Part shown: positions 1-9,908 of the stretch, in pieces | Numbering within the stretch: position 1 is the stretch's first letter | Layout of the letters: every line of letters begins with the position of its first letter | Source of the DNA: Acidimicrobiales bacterium | Lineage (GTDB): Bacteria; Actinomycetota; Acidimicrobiia; Acidimicrobiales; VFJN01 | Length of the DNA stretch: 63,651 nt | Reading direction: 5' to 3' | Assembly: GCA_030681555.1 (NCBI GenBank) | Contig: JAUXRW010000038.1 | Span: 1 to 63,651, forward strand | Position numbers and translations under genes: made by a program | Notes under the pieces: model-generated | What the model saw: only the letters and a program-made list of their open reading frames with translations | What the model was told of the DNA's origin: nothing | The model's database searches: none

Positions 1-70
1 CCAGCCATGCTCTTCGATCCACGCCCACTTCGCGAATCGAACCGCTCACCGCCGATTGCTCAGCAGTCTC

Positions 71-373
71 CTAGGCCTTCACGAGGCGCTCGATGGCCTT
101 CGTGGCCTCGGCGATCATCTTCTCGAGGTTGGCCTCGTCGCCGACTGCCACGGCGTTGCGCACGCAATGGCGGACGTGCTCGTCGAGGAGGTTCACGGCG
201 ACTGCTTGGAGGGCCTTGGTGGCGGCGCTCACCTGGGTGAGGACGTCGATGCAGTAGGTGTCCTCGTCGATCATCCGGGCGATGCCTCGCACCTGGCCCT
301 CGATGCGGCTGAGCCGCTTGGCGTAGTCCGCCTTGCCCTCGGTGTACCCGCGTTCGGTCGGGGTGTCGGTCAT
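71..373 (-). CDS. csoR: CsoR/RcnR-family copper-sensing repressor
   Basis: 100 aa; [12 protein letters not shown]...YCIDVLTQ...LLDEHVRHC (Cys/His/Cys copper ligands); ATGA-coupled to copA. Confidence 0.93.
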   Translation of the reverse strand: MTDTPTERGYTEGKADYAKRLSRIEGQVRGIARMIDEDTYCIDVLTQVSAATKALQAVAVNLLDEHVRHCVRNAVAVGDEANLEKMIAEATKAIERLVKA

Positions 374-2646
374 CGGGCGTGGAACCTCCGGAGGCGCAGG
401 CTGTTGGACACCACGAACACGCTAGAGAACGCCATCGCCGCGCCGGCAAGCATCGGGTTGAGCAGGCCGGCGGCGGCCAGTGGCAGAGCCCCGACGTTGT
501 AGGCGAACGCCCAGAAGAGGTTCCCCTTGATCGTCGCCAGGGTCCGACGCGACAGTCCGATGGCGTCGGCGGCCGCCCGAAGGTCGCCGCGAACCAGGGT
601 GATGTCGCTGGCCTCGATGGCCACATCGGTGCCCGTCCCCATGGCGAGGCCGAGGTCGGCCTGAGCGAGTGCGGCCGCATCGTTCACGCCGTCGCCGACC
701 ATGGCCACGACCTTGCCCTCCCCCTGCAGACGCCGGATCACGTCGACCTTGTCCTCCGGCATCACCTCGGCGATGACTTCGGCGATGCCCACCTGATCGG
801 CCACGGCTCGTGCCGCCCGCTCGTTGTCCCCGGTGAGCAGCACCGGGCGGAGACCGAGCTCTCGAAACTGCTGGATGGCCCCCGGGGACGTGTCCTTGAT
901 GGTGTCGGAGACCACCAGGACCCCCCGGGCGACCCCGTCCCACCCGACCAGCACGGGCGTGCGACCGGCGGCCTCCGCCTCTCGCTTGGCTGACTGCAGC
1001 TCGGCCGGGAGCACGAGGGACCAGTCGGCCAGGAACCGCTCCCGACCAGCGACCACAGCGTGACCGTCGACGACACCCTGGATGCCCAAACCCTGGGTGT
1101 TGGCGAACGACTCCACCGGGAGGAGCGACGCGCCCCGCTGGCGGGCTCCGGCGGCGATGGCCCGGGCGATGGGGTGCTCGCTCGCATCCTCGAGCGATCC
1201 GGCGAGGCGCAGGACCTCGTCTTCGTCGGTGCCTTCGGCGGGGACGACGGCGACGAGCTCCATGCGGCCGGTGGTGACCGTGCCGGTCTTGTCGAGGACG
1301 ATGGTGTCAACCTGCCTCGTGGACTCGAGCACCTCGGGGCCCTTGATGAGGATGCCGAGCTGAGCGCCTCGGCCGGTGCCGACCATCAGCGCGGTCGGCG
1401 TGGCCAGCCCGAGGGCGCAGGGGCAGGCGATGATCAGGACGGCGACGCCGGCGGTGAATGCGGCCGTGGCGCTGTCGGTGGCGGCGGCGGTGAGCCAGAA
1501 CCCGAGGGTCGCCACGGCGAGAGCGATGACGATGGGGACGAAGACGGCGGACACCCGATCGGCCAGCCGCTGCACGGGCGCCTTGCCCGTCTGCGCATCC
1601 TGCACCAGCCGGGCGATCTGGGCCAGAGCGGTGTCGGCGCCGACGCGGGTGGCTTCGACCACGAGCCGGCCGCCGGCGTTGACGGTGGCTCCAGTCACTG
1701 CATCACCCGGGCCGACCTCGACGGGGACGGGTTCGCCGGTGAGCAGCGAAGCATCGATGGCCGAGGTGCCCTCGACCACGGTGCCGTCGGTCGCCACCTT
1801 CTCGCCGGGCCGGACGATGAAGCGGTCGCCGACCGCCAGGTCGCCGATGGGGATGCGCACCTCGTCGCCGTTGCGGAGGACGGCGACGTCCTTGGCCCCG
1901 AGCTCGAGCAGGGCGCGGAGGGCCGCGCCGGAGCGCCGCTTCGCCCGCGCCTCGAAGTAGCGACCAGCGAGGATGAAGACGGTGACGCCGGCCGCGACCT
2001 CCAGGTACACCTGGGAGTCGCCAGCCCCTCGCTCGGCGGTCCAGGAGAACCCGTGGGTCATGCCGATCTCTCCGGCCGTGCCCCAGAACAGGGCGTAGAG
2101 GGACCACCCGAAGGCCGCCAGGACGCCCACCGAGATCAGGGTGTCCATGGTGGCGGTGGCGTGGCGGAGGTTGACCCAGGCGGCACGGTGGAACGGCCAG
2201 GCGCCCCACGTGACCACCGGTGCGGCCAACGTGAGGGACAGCCACTGCCAGGCGTCGAACTGCAACGCCGGCACCATGGCCAGCACGATCACGGGCACCG
2301 TGAGCGCCACGGAGGCCAGCAGGCGGATACGAAGCGGAGCTGTCTCGTCCGGCTCGGGCTCGCCGCCCTCGGTCGGTGATGCCGGGTCGGTCGCCGCCCC
2401 GATGGGCCGGGGCACACGGGCGGTGTAGCCCGCCGCCTCCACCTGGGCGATCAGGTCCTCCGAGCTGACGCCGTCGGGGACGGTGACCTTGGCCTGCTCG
2501 GTGGCGTAGTTGACGGTGGCGGTGACGCCGTCGACCTTGTTCAGCCGCTTCTCGATGCGGGCGGCGCAGGAGGCGCAGGTCATGCCACCGATGACGAGGT
2601 CGACGGTGGTCGTGCTGGGAGAGGTGTCGGTGCTCATGGCGCTCAT
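370..2646 (-). CDS. copA: Cu(I)-exporting P1B-1 ATPase
   Basis: N-terminal GMTCASC HMA domain, TGE, CPC, DKTGT, GDGVNDA, YN and MAFSS motifs. Confidence 0.95.
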   Translation of the reverse strand: MSAMSTDTSPSTTTVDLVIGGMTCASCAARIEKRLNKVDGVTATVNYATEQAKVTVPDGVSSEDLIAQVEAAGYTARVPRPIGAATDPASPTEGGEPEPDETAPLRIRLLASVALTVPVIVLAMVPALQFDAWQWLSLTLAAPVVTWGAWPFHRAAWVNLRHATATMDTLISVGVLAAFGWSLYALFWGTAGEIGMTHGFSWTAERGAGDSQVYLEVAAGVTVFILAGRYFEARAKRRSGAALRALLELGAKDVAVLRNGDEVRIPIGDLAVGDRFIVRPGEKVATDGTVVEGTSAIDASLLTGEPVPVEVGPGDAVTGATVNAGGRLVVEATRVGADTALAQIARLVQDAQTGKAPVQRLADRVSAVFVPIVIALAVATLGFWLTAAATDSATAAFTAGVAVLIIACPCALGLATPTALMVGTGRGAQLGILIKGPEVLESTRQVDTIVLDKTGTVTTGRMELVAVVPAEGTDEDEVLRLAGSLEDASEHPIARAIAAGARQRGASLLPVESFANTQGLGIQGVVDGHAVVAGRERFLADWSLVLPAELQSAKREAEAAGRTPVLVGWDGVARGVLVVSDTIKDTSPGAIQQFRELGLRPVLLTGDNERAARAVADQVGIAEVIAEVMPEDKVDVIRRLQGEGKVVAMVGDGVNDAAALAQADLGLAMGTGTDVAIEASDITLVRGDLRAAADAIGLSRRTLATIKGNLFWAFAYNVGALPLAAAGLLNPMLAGAAMAFSSVFVVSNSLRLRRFHAR

Positions 2647-3527
2647 CCCTCGTGGGCGCCGTGGGAGGCGCCGGGCTGCTCGTCGACCTCGAGGACGAAC
2701 CGGGCCGTGCGCACGACGCCGTCGACCTGGAAGTCGAAGAACAGTGCGTACGTCCCGATGGAGGGGACCTCGACGGCGAAGCGGACGGGGCCGCTGGGCT
2801 CGTCGTCGAGCGGGTGGACGTGGAGGTAGGCGAGGTCGCCGTCGCGCAGGGCGACGAGGTGTCCGGCCGCCGCCAGGTAGGGCTCCGTGACGACGACGTC
2901 GCCGTCTCGGTAGACCGTGACCGTCAGCTCGGTCCCGTCTTCACCGGTCTGGGGGTCGAGCCGCACCTCGAGCCCGTCCACATCATCGACGAACGAGGGC
3001 GCAAGGGGCGCTGAGCGCACTGCGGCACCGGGTGCCGTGAGGTCGATGCCGAGGGTGTACTGCTCGGCACCTGCGGGCTGGAAGTCGGCGAACGCCCGGT
3101 AGGGGCCGGGCGGGAGCTCGGGGAGGTCGACCGTCCAGCGCCCGTCGGCGTCGCGCGTGGGGTGGAGGTGGGCGTAGCCCTGCAGGTCTCGCGAGGCGAC
3201 GATGAGGTGCAGCTCGCGGTCGTGGAGCAGCTCGTAGTCCTGCACCGGCTCGCCGTCGGGCCCGATGATGGTGAAGGCGAAGGCCCCGGGGTCGGCGGTG
3301 CGGTCTTCCGGGGCGAAGGAGTAGCCGTCCTGGGAGACCAGGAGGCCGCCGGCCGGGAGCTCGGCGGTGGAGGTGGTGGGCATGGTGGGTTCCTCTTCGG
3401 TGTGGGTGTCGTGCGGCGCGTCGCCGCCGACGTCGATGGGCCCTGCCGCGGCGCCCACGACCGCCCCACCGCCGAGGACGGCGGCGAGGACGAGGCCGTA
3501 GGCGCCGAGCTTGGTGCCGGCGTTCAT
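2643..3527 (-). CDS. Secreted/membrane His-motif protein of actinobacterial cop operons (function unknown)
   Basis: True start MNAGTKLG at 3527 (ATGA overlap with copZ stop); signal-like N-terminus; repeated HLIV..AHLHP and HLVAL..LHVHP motifs. Confidence 0.8.
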   Translation of the reverse strand: MNAGTKLGAYGLVLAAVLGGGAVVGAAAGPIDVGGDAPHDTHTEEEPTMPTTSTAELPAGGLLVSQDGYSFAPEDRTADPGAFAFTIIGPDGEPVQDYELLHDRELHLIVASRDLQGYAHLHPTRDADGRWTVDLPELPPGPYRAFADFQPAGAEQYTLGIDLTAPGAAVRSAPLAPSFVDDVDGLEVRLDPQTGEDGTELTVTVYRDGDVVVTEPYLAAAGHLVALRDGDLAYLHVHPLDDEPSGPVRFAVEVPSIGTYALFFDFQVDGVVRTARFVLEVDEQPGASHGAHEG

Positions 3528-3730
3528 CGGACGACCGTGTAGCCGGCCTCGTCGACGGCGGCCTCGACGGCGGCGTCGTCCACGGGCTGGTCGGACTCGA
3601 CGGTGACCTTGCCGGACTGGAGGTCGACGTCGACGGTGGTGACGCCGTCGAGCTTGCTGACCTCCTGGGTGACCGAAGCGACGCAGTGGCCGCAGGTCAT
3701 GCCCTCGACGGTGAAGGTGGTGGTGCTCAT
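3524..3730 (-). CDS. copZ: Copper chaperone, HMA domain
   Basis: 68 aa, GMTCGHC motif. Confidence 0.93.
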   Translation of the reverse strand: MSTTTFTVEGMTCGHCVASVTQEVSKLDGVTTVDVDLQSGKVTVESDQPVDDAAVEAAVDEAGYTVVR

Positions 3731-3750
3731 CGGGGGGTCCTTCCGTGGGG

Positions 3751-4281
3751 TCAGGCCGAGGCGGCCAGGTGGTCGGGTTCCAGGCCGGCGACCAGGTTGA
3801 AGGTGCCGGTGAGGACGTTGAGGGCCACGAGGCCGACGACGTCGAGGACGTCGCGGTCGCGGAAGCCGAGGTCGCGCAGCAGGCGGATGTCGTCGTCGCC
3901 GATGGACGACGGCTCCTGGTGGACCCGCGCGCCGAAGGCGACGATGGCGGCGACCCGTGGGTCGGCGGAGGTGCCGAGCTTGGCCCGCTCGATCTCCTGC
4001 TCGTCGACGCCCGCGGCACGAGCGCCGTTGGCGTGGGCCTCCAGGCAGAGGGCGCAGCCGAGGCGGGCCTGCACCGCGAGCGAGATCCGCTCCGCGATGC
4101 CCCGTTCGAGCCGCGACCGCTTCATGGCTCGGCTCAGGTCCAGGTAGCCGCCGAGCACGGAGGGGGACCCGGCCATGGTGCGGACCATCGCTCTGGCGGA
4201 CCCGTTCCTGGACACGATGTCGGCGAGCAGCTCGGCGGCCTTGCCGTCGGCGGAGTCTGGGGTGTGGGTCGGGAAGCGCAT
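3751..4281 (-). CDS. AhpD/carboxymuconolactone decarboxylase-family protein
   Basis: ERISLAV...CALCLEAH CxxC motif; AAGGAGAG RBS before ATG at 4281 (MRFPTH). Confidence 0.85.
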   Translation of the reverse strand: MRFPTHTPDSADGKAAELLADIVSRNGSARAMVRTMAGSPSVLGGYLDLSRAMKRSRLERGIAERISLAVQARLGCALCLEAHANGARAAGVDEQEIERAKLGTSADPRVAAIVAFGARVHQEPSSIGDDDIRLLRDLGFRDRDVLDVVGLVALNVLTGTFNLVAGLEPDHLAASA

Positions 4282-4320
4282 CAGGACTCTCCTTCGGTAC
4301 CCCGGCGGGGTACGGACGAC

Positions 4321-4339
4321 TATACCGGCGGGGGGTATA
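4321..4339. promoter_or_regulatory. CsoR-type operator
   Basis: TATACC-GGCGGGG-GGTATA inverted repeat with G tract, upstream of the ahpD-like-copZ-copA-csoR operon. Confidence 0.75.
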
Positions 4340-6465
4340 TCAGCCAACCTCGTCGGGCAGCTTCGGACGGAGGTCGAGGCGGCGCAGCAGTTGGGCGTTG
4401 GCGGCCACGACGATGGTCGAGACGCTCATGAGGACCGCGGCGACGGCGGGGGGCATCGACACGCCTGCCCACGCCAGCGCACCGGCGGCGAGGGGGATGG
4501 CGGCGACGTTGTAACCCGCCGCCCACCAGAGGTTCTGGAGGCTCTTGCGGTAGGCCGCCTGGGAGAGCCGGATGATGCCGGTGACTGCTCGGGGGTCGGA
4601 GCTGGCGAGGATCAACCCGGCCGACTCGATGGCGACGTCCGTTCCGGCCCCGATGGCGATGCCGACGTCGGCGCGGGCCAGGGCCGGGGCGTCGTTGACC
4701 CCGTCTCCGACCATCGCAACCTTGAGGCCCCGGGCTTGCAGCTCGGCGACCTTGGCGTCCTTGTCCTCCGGGAGCACCTCGGCGAAGACCTCGTCGACGC
4801 CGAGGTCCGAACCGACGGCCTCGGCGACCTGACGGGCATCGCCGGTGATCATCACGACCTTCCGGCCCATGGCCTGCAGCTCTCGAACGGCCGCTCGCGC
4901 CTCGGGCCGCACCTCGTCCTCGAGGGCGATGGCACCGACGATCGAGTCGCTGCGGACCAGGTAGAGCACCGCAGCGCCGCGTGCCTTCCAGCCGTCGGTG
5001 GTGGCGGCCAGTTCGTCCGGCTCAGCGAGCGTGCGCTCCCGCAGGAGCGCGGGCCCACCCATGGCGTAGCTCGTTCCGTCGATGGTGGCCTCGACGCCTC
5101 GGCCGGTGATCGACCGAAAGTCGGTGGCCTTCGCCAGGCTGCCCGGGCCGGTCGCCGCCGCGACGATCGCTCGTGCGAGCGGGTGCTCGCTGTCGGACTC
5201 CACGCCGCCGGCCAAGCGCAGGACCTCGTCCTCCTCGAGGCCCACCCCTGCGACGCCCACGACCGTGTGCTGGCCCTTGGTGAGGGTCCCGGTCTTGTCG
5301 AAGAGGAAGGCGTCGATCGTGCGGCTCTGCTCGAGGGCGAGCCGATCCTTGACGAGGATCCCGTTGCGGGCGGCCATCGCCGAGGACAGCGAGGTCGTCA
5401 ACGGGATGGCGAGGCCCAGGGCGTGGGGGCACGAGATCACCAGCACGGTGACGACCCGCACCACAGCGTCGTCGACGTCGCCGACGGCCAGCCACACCAC
5501 GGCCGTGACGGCGGCTGCGGCGGTGGCCACGTAGAAGAGCAGTGCGGAAGCCCGATCGGCGAGGACCTGGGCTCGGGACCGGGAGTCCTGCGCCTCGGCC
5601 ACCAGCCGCCCGATGCCGGCGAGGGCGGTGTCATCACCGATCGCGTCGATCGGATCCGGATGGCCGAGTCGGTGGAGACCGTCCCGGCGACGACCCGGTC
5701 GCCCGGATCCTTCGACACGGGCTTGGACTCGCCGGTGATCATCGACTCGTCCAGCTCAGCGGACCCCTCGACGATCTCACCGTCGGCCGGGACCCGTCCG
5801 CCCGAGCGCACGAGGACGACGTCACCTGCGGCGAGGTTGCCCAGGGCAACCACCTCGACCTGGCCATCGGCGCCAACGCGCTCCGCCTCGTCCGGGAGAA
5901 GGGCCGCCAGCGCAGCCAGGGCGTCCTGGGCCTGGCCGAGCGCCTTCATCTCCTGCCAGTGGCCGAGCAGCATGATGGTGACGAGAAGCGAGAGCTCCCA
6001 CCAGAAGTCGAGGTCGAACCAGTCGAGCGAGGTCGCCATCGACGCGCCGTAGGCCACCGTGATCGCCATCGCGATCAGCAGCATCATGCCCGGCTGCCGT
6101 TCCCGGACCTCCTGCCGCCCGCCTGCGAGGAACGGCCAGCCGGCCCAGAGGAAGATGAACGAGCCAAGGATCGGTCCGACGGACTCCATGCCGTAGAAGT
6201 CGAGCTCATAGGCGAACCAGTCCATGACCATGTGGCTGGTCGCCACGACGGGGACGGTCAGGACGAGCGTCCACCAGAACCGGCGTCGGAACATCTCGAC
6301 GTGGTGGCCGGCGTGCTTCCCGTGCCCGCCTCCGTGGTTGGCGTGACCACCATCGCCCTGGGCGGGGGCGTGGCCGGCATCCGCACCGTGGGTGCGTGTC
6401 CGGCTCTCCGGCAGGTGATCGGCATGGGCGCTGGCTTCGCGGCTGTCGAGCTCGAGGTGGTTCAT
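4340..6465 (-). pseudogene. copB: CopB-type (P1B-3) copper ATPase, frameshifted near 5651
   Basis: His-rich N-terminus, TGES, CPH, DKTGT, GDGVNDA, YN, MSVST; reading IRIR-(1 nt missing)-IDAIGDDTALAGI joins ORFs 5437-6525 and 4340-5602. Confidence 0.85.
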
Positions 6466-6493
6466 CGGATGCTCCCTTCGCATGCCGTTCAAG

Positions 6494-6533
6494 ATACCCC
6501 CCTGGGGTATACTTGTAAACCCCATAGGGGTAT
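6494..6533. promoter_or_regulatory. Two tandem CsoR-type operators
   Basis: ATACCCC-CCT-GGGGTAT (6494-6510) and AAACCCC-ATA-GGGGTAT (6517-6533) just upstream of copB. Confidence 0.85.
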
Positions 6534-6727
6534 GGGCTGAACGATCTCACGACGGCGCCTCCGCTGGGGCAGCGGGAACGAGCGAGCAGACCAGGGCCAG
6601 GTTGGTGGATCGCGTCCGACGGAGGGTGTCCAGCGCAGCGCTCGTTCGATCAGCAGCATGCCCCCTTCGACAGCGGCCGCTCACCGACCGCCTTTGTTGA
6701 TCCGAGGTTCGGCGGTGAGCGGACCGC

Positions 6728-7813
6728 TCACCCGCGCGCCTCCAGGGCAGCCGCGTACCGCTCCAGATCCGAGGGGGACACCGAGCTGGTCAGACGCACC
6801 CAGTGGTCGTCGTCGACGGCGATTCGGATTTCGCTGCCGGTCGTGCCCAGGTGGAGTGTTGCGTCGCCCAGGGTCGAGCCGACCTCAGAAGCTGCGTCAC
6901 GCTGGTCGATGCTCCCGGTGCCCGCCTCCACGGTGAGGAAGTCGCCGCCGCGCTCCATCACCCACGCGCTCGTCGACAGCGGCCCGAGCGCTCGGTCGAC
7001 CGATGCGGTCTGGAACCGGCCCGTGCGCCGGAAGCCACGGGGCAAGGGGGGTTCCGCGATGAAAGAGGAGATCCTCGTCACCGCCCTGACCATCGGGCCC
7101 TGGGCGAGCGATGCGTCCGTAGGCGCTGGGTCCCCCAGCTCGCCGAGCGCATCGAGCTCGGGCTTTTCGTCGACGGCGACGGCTGTGCGCACGAACACGA
7201 GCTCCCCATCGAGCTCCCACACCTCCCGTAGTACGAGTCCGGCCTCGTCGAGGCACAATGTGGCGCGGGAGTCGGCGGTGGGCGCAGCGAGGACGCGTGC
7301 ACCCGGCTCGTTCACTGCGAAGAGCCGACACGGTCGGCCGAGGACGCGCTCGTCCTCGCTGAGCGCGACCGCGCGGTCGAGCCGAACCGCGTCCTCCAGT
7401 ACCGCCGCAAGCGCTTGATCGCCGATGGCGACCGTCGGGACGCGACCCTGCACGGGAACCGACTGCCCGTTGGTGATGGACAGGATCAGCGATCCCAGGC
7501 TCTCGGTCCCGGAGGTCTCCGGGTCGTCGATGTCGACCTCGCGGGATCGCGACCCAAGCAGCCTCCCGTCGAAGGGGCGGCGGACGAGGCGTTCCTCGAA
7601 GGTCGTCGACGAAGGGTCCTGAAGCACCTCCACGCGGTAGAGGATCCGAAAGGCGGTGGGACCGGGACGACGACCGAGCTGGAGGCCGTCGGGTTCGGCG
7701 GTGCTCCATACCGCGAGGGCGAGCGTGAGCGCCAAGGCGATCGGCAAAGCAGATAGAAGCGGTCTGGTGCGTGCCGTGTGGATCGCCCAGCGGATCGGTC
7801 GGGGTGCCCCCAT
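6728..7813 (-). CDS. Uncharacterised membrane-anchored exported protein (possible LolA/RseB-like fold)
   Basis: 361 aa; N-terminal hydrophobic helix; beta-rich stretch RPCRLFAV...ATLCLDEAGLVLREVW; divergent from the P450. Confidence 0.65.
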   Translation of the reverse strand: MGAPRPIRWAIHTARTRPLLSALPIALALTLALAVWSTAEPDGLQLGRRPGPTAFRILYRVEVLQDPSSTTFEERLVRRPFDGRLLGSRSREVDIDDPETSGTESLGSLILSITNGQSVPVQGRVPTVAIGDQALAAVLEDAVRLDRAVALSEDERVLGRPCRLFAVNEPGARVLAAPTADSRATLCLDEAGLVLREVWELDGELVFVRTAVAVDEKPELDALGELGDPAPTDASLAQGPMVRAVTRISSFIAEPPLPRGFRRTGRFQTASVDRALGPLSTSAWVMERGGDFLTVEAGTGSIDQRDAASEVGSTLGDATLHLGTTGSEIRIAVDDDHWVRLTSSVSPSDLERYAAALEARG

Positions 7814-7834
7814 GGTGCTCCAAAAACTTTCTTA

Positions 7835-7863
7835 TTGATCAATCGGTAAACTAGTTCTACGCT
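7835..7863 (+). promoter_or_regulatory. Sigma-A-like promoter of the P450 operon with overlapping operator-like motifs
   Basis: TTGATC-17 nt-TACGCT within an AT-rich intergenic patch. Confidence 0.55.
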
Positions 7864-7920
7864 ACCTGGACACACACCAGCGGGCGCGCCGCGCCCCTGC
7901 GGAGCAGGGTGGAGCCCAGC

Positions 7921-9228
7921 ATGACCACGACCACCAACCCGGTCAGCGAGTTCTTCAACCAGGACGTCATCGAAGACCCGTACCCCACGTACGAAAAGCT
8001 TCGATCCCAGGGCCCGGTCGCGTATGTCGACAGCCTCGACGCCTACATGGTGACCGGCCACGCCGAATGCATGACGGCCATGCGGAACCACGACGTGTTC
8101 CGGCAGTGGGACGGCTCCGAGCTGAACGCCATCAACCCTGACGTCGCCGAGGAGCTGGCCGAGATGTTCGGCGTGGACGCCGAGACCGCGCAGAAGGGCG
8201 GGCTGCGGGGCATCGCCTCGACCTCTGGCTTTGGCCTCATGGTCGACACGCTCGTCACGGCCAACCCGCCCGAGCACACGCGCTACCGCCACGTGACGAA
8301 CCAGGCCTGGTCGGCCAAGCGCACGGCGGTGGACGCCGAGCCGCGCATCCGGGAGGTGACCAACTTCCTCGTCGACGACTTCGCCGGCTCCGGAAAGGTG
8401 GAGTTCATGTCGAGCTTCGCTGCGCCGATGCCGTCGCTCGTGATCTCGGAAATCCTCGGCCTGCCCAAGGAGGACTGGACGAAGTTCAAGGAATGGTCCG
8501 ATGTTGGTCTCACGTTGCTCGGCGGAAACCTCGAGCGGGACCAGGTCCGCGCCGCGGTGACGGCAATGATGAACCTCACTGCCTACCTGGGAGCGGCCAT
8601 CGAGACACGCCGCAGCGAGTCCACCGACGACGCGCTCTCGGCGCTCCTGCGGGCCAAGGACCGCGACGGCGTCGGCCTCGAGCAGCAGGAGCTCCTGAGC
8701 ATCGCGCTGCACCTACTCGGCGCCGGCCACGAGACCACGATCAACGCCATGGGCAACATGATGTGGCTCATCCTGCGCGACGCCGAGGTTCGCGACGCGA
8801 TCCTGGCCGACCGCTCCCTGATCCCCAACGCCGTCAACGAGTCGCTACGCCTCGAGGCGCCGGTGCAGTTCCTCTTCCGCCAGACGAGCGAGGCGAGCAC
8901 GCTCGGCGGAACCGAGGTGCCGGGCGATGCCAAGGTGTGCCTCATCTTCGCGGCGGCCAACCGGGATCCTGCCGTGTTCCCGGATCCGGACCGCTTCGAT
9001 CTGCACCGGGAGAACTCGCGGCACCACGTCTCGTTCGGCTTCGGCATCCACCGCTGCATCGGTGAGCCGCTGTCGATCAAGGAGTTGGAGCTGGCCGTCG
9101 ACACGCTGCTCACGCGCCTGCCCGATCTGCAATTGCACCCCGACCAGTCGTTCGACCACAACCCCCACCCCTTCCTGCGCCGCTTCAAGGAGCTTCAGCT
9201 CACCTACGGCTCGTCTGTCGCCAGCTGA
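7921..9228 (+). CDS. Cytochrome P450
   Basis: AGHETT I-helix, ESLR (ExxR), FGFGIHRCIG heme motif; alternative GTG start at 7909. Confidence 0.96.
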   Translation: MTTTTNPVSEFFNQDVIEDPYPTYEKLRSQGPVAYVDSLDAYMVTGHAECMTAMRNHDVFRQWDGSELNAINPDVAEELAEMFGVDAETAQKGGLRGIASTSGFGLMVDTLVTANPPEHTRYRHVTNQAWSAKRTAVDAEPRIREVTNFLVDDFAGSGKVEFMSSFAAPMPSLVISEILGLPKEDWTKFKEWSDVGLTLLGGNLERDQVRAAVTAMMNLTAYLGAAIETRRSESTDDALSALLRAKDRDGVGLEQQELLSIALHLLGAGHETTINAMGNMMWLILRDAEVRDAILADRSLIPNAVNESLRLEAPVQFLFRQTSEASTLGGTEVPGDAKVCLIFAAANRDPAVFPDPDRFDLHRENSRHHVSFGFGIHRCIGEPLSIKELELAVDTLLTRLPDLQLHPDQSFDHNPHPFLRRFKELQLTYGSSVAS

Positions 9229-9237
9229 ACCCACCCA

Positions 9238-9465
9238 ATGACGGCGCTGCGCATCGAGATCGATCACGGCCTATGCGGAGGAGCGTCGGAGTGCGTGCGG
9301 GCGCAGCCCGAGCTCTTCGAGCTGAACCAGGAGGGGCGGGCGTCGCTGCGCCGAGTGCCCGGCGACCACGAGCGGGACGCCTGCCTGGCCGCTGCGTGGG
9401 CCTGCCCGACGTCCGCCATCCGCGTGTTCGAAGGTGACGAGGAGCTGGATCCCTACCCAGGATGA
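9238..9465 (+). CDS. Ferredoxin ([3Fe-4S]/[4Fe-4S] type), likely P450 partner
   Basis: CGGASEC...ACP motif, 75 aa, directly after the P450. Confidence 0.88.
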   Translation: MTALRIEIDHGLCGGASECVRAQPELFELNQEGRASLRRVPGDHERDACLAAAWACPTSAIRVFEGDEELDPYPG

Positions 9466-9908
9466 AGACCATGCCCGACACACGATTCATCGACCCGTCC
9501 ATCGCCACCTGGCCGGGGGAAGCTGCCCGCCTGCTCGGAGGCCGCTGCGACGGTTGCGCCGTGGTGACCTTCCCGGCCCCGAAGGGCTGCCCGGCATGCG
9601 GCGGCGGCGACGTGTCGCAGGTGGAGCTCGATCCGGTGGGAACCGTCTGGACCTACACCGTGCAGGGCTTCCCCCCACCGGCGCCGCCCTACCTCGGACC
9701 GGCATCTCCGGATACCTTCCGGCCCTTCGCGGTCGCCTACGTGGATCTCGGCTCGGTGCTGGTGGAAGGGCCTGTGCTCGGAGATCCCTCATCCGTTCGC
9801 ATCGACGATCCGGTCCGGGTCGTGTTTCCCGTTCTCGGGCAGGACCAGGACGGCAACGATGTCGTGGCCTTCGCGTTCGAGCCCATCGAGGAGGGCAGCC
9901 ATGCCTGA
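9462..9908 (+). CDS. DUF35 Zn-ribbon/OB-fold protein
   Basis: RCDGC..CPAC Zn ribbon, GTVWTYTV, PFAVAYVDL; overlaps the thiolase gene. Confidence 0.9.
   Translation: MKTMPDTRFIDPSIATWPGEAARLLGGRCDGCAVVTFPAPKGCPACGGGDVSQVELDPVGTVWTYTVQGFPPPAPPYLGPASPDTFRPFAVAYVDLGSVLVEGPVLGDPSSVRIDDPVRVVFPVLGQDQDGNDVVAFAFEPIEEGSHA

Noticed and set aside
3528-4019. 5' extension of the 458-aa ORF 2643-4019
   Set aside because: Overlaps copZ and the AhpD-like gene; the real start is the coupled ATG at 3527
5640-5662. Programmed ribosomal frameshift in copB
   Set aside because: No slippery heptamer or homopolymer run at the shift site; a simple deletion is more parsimonious
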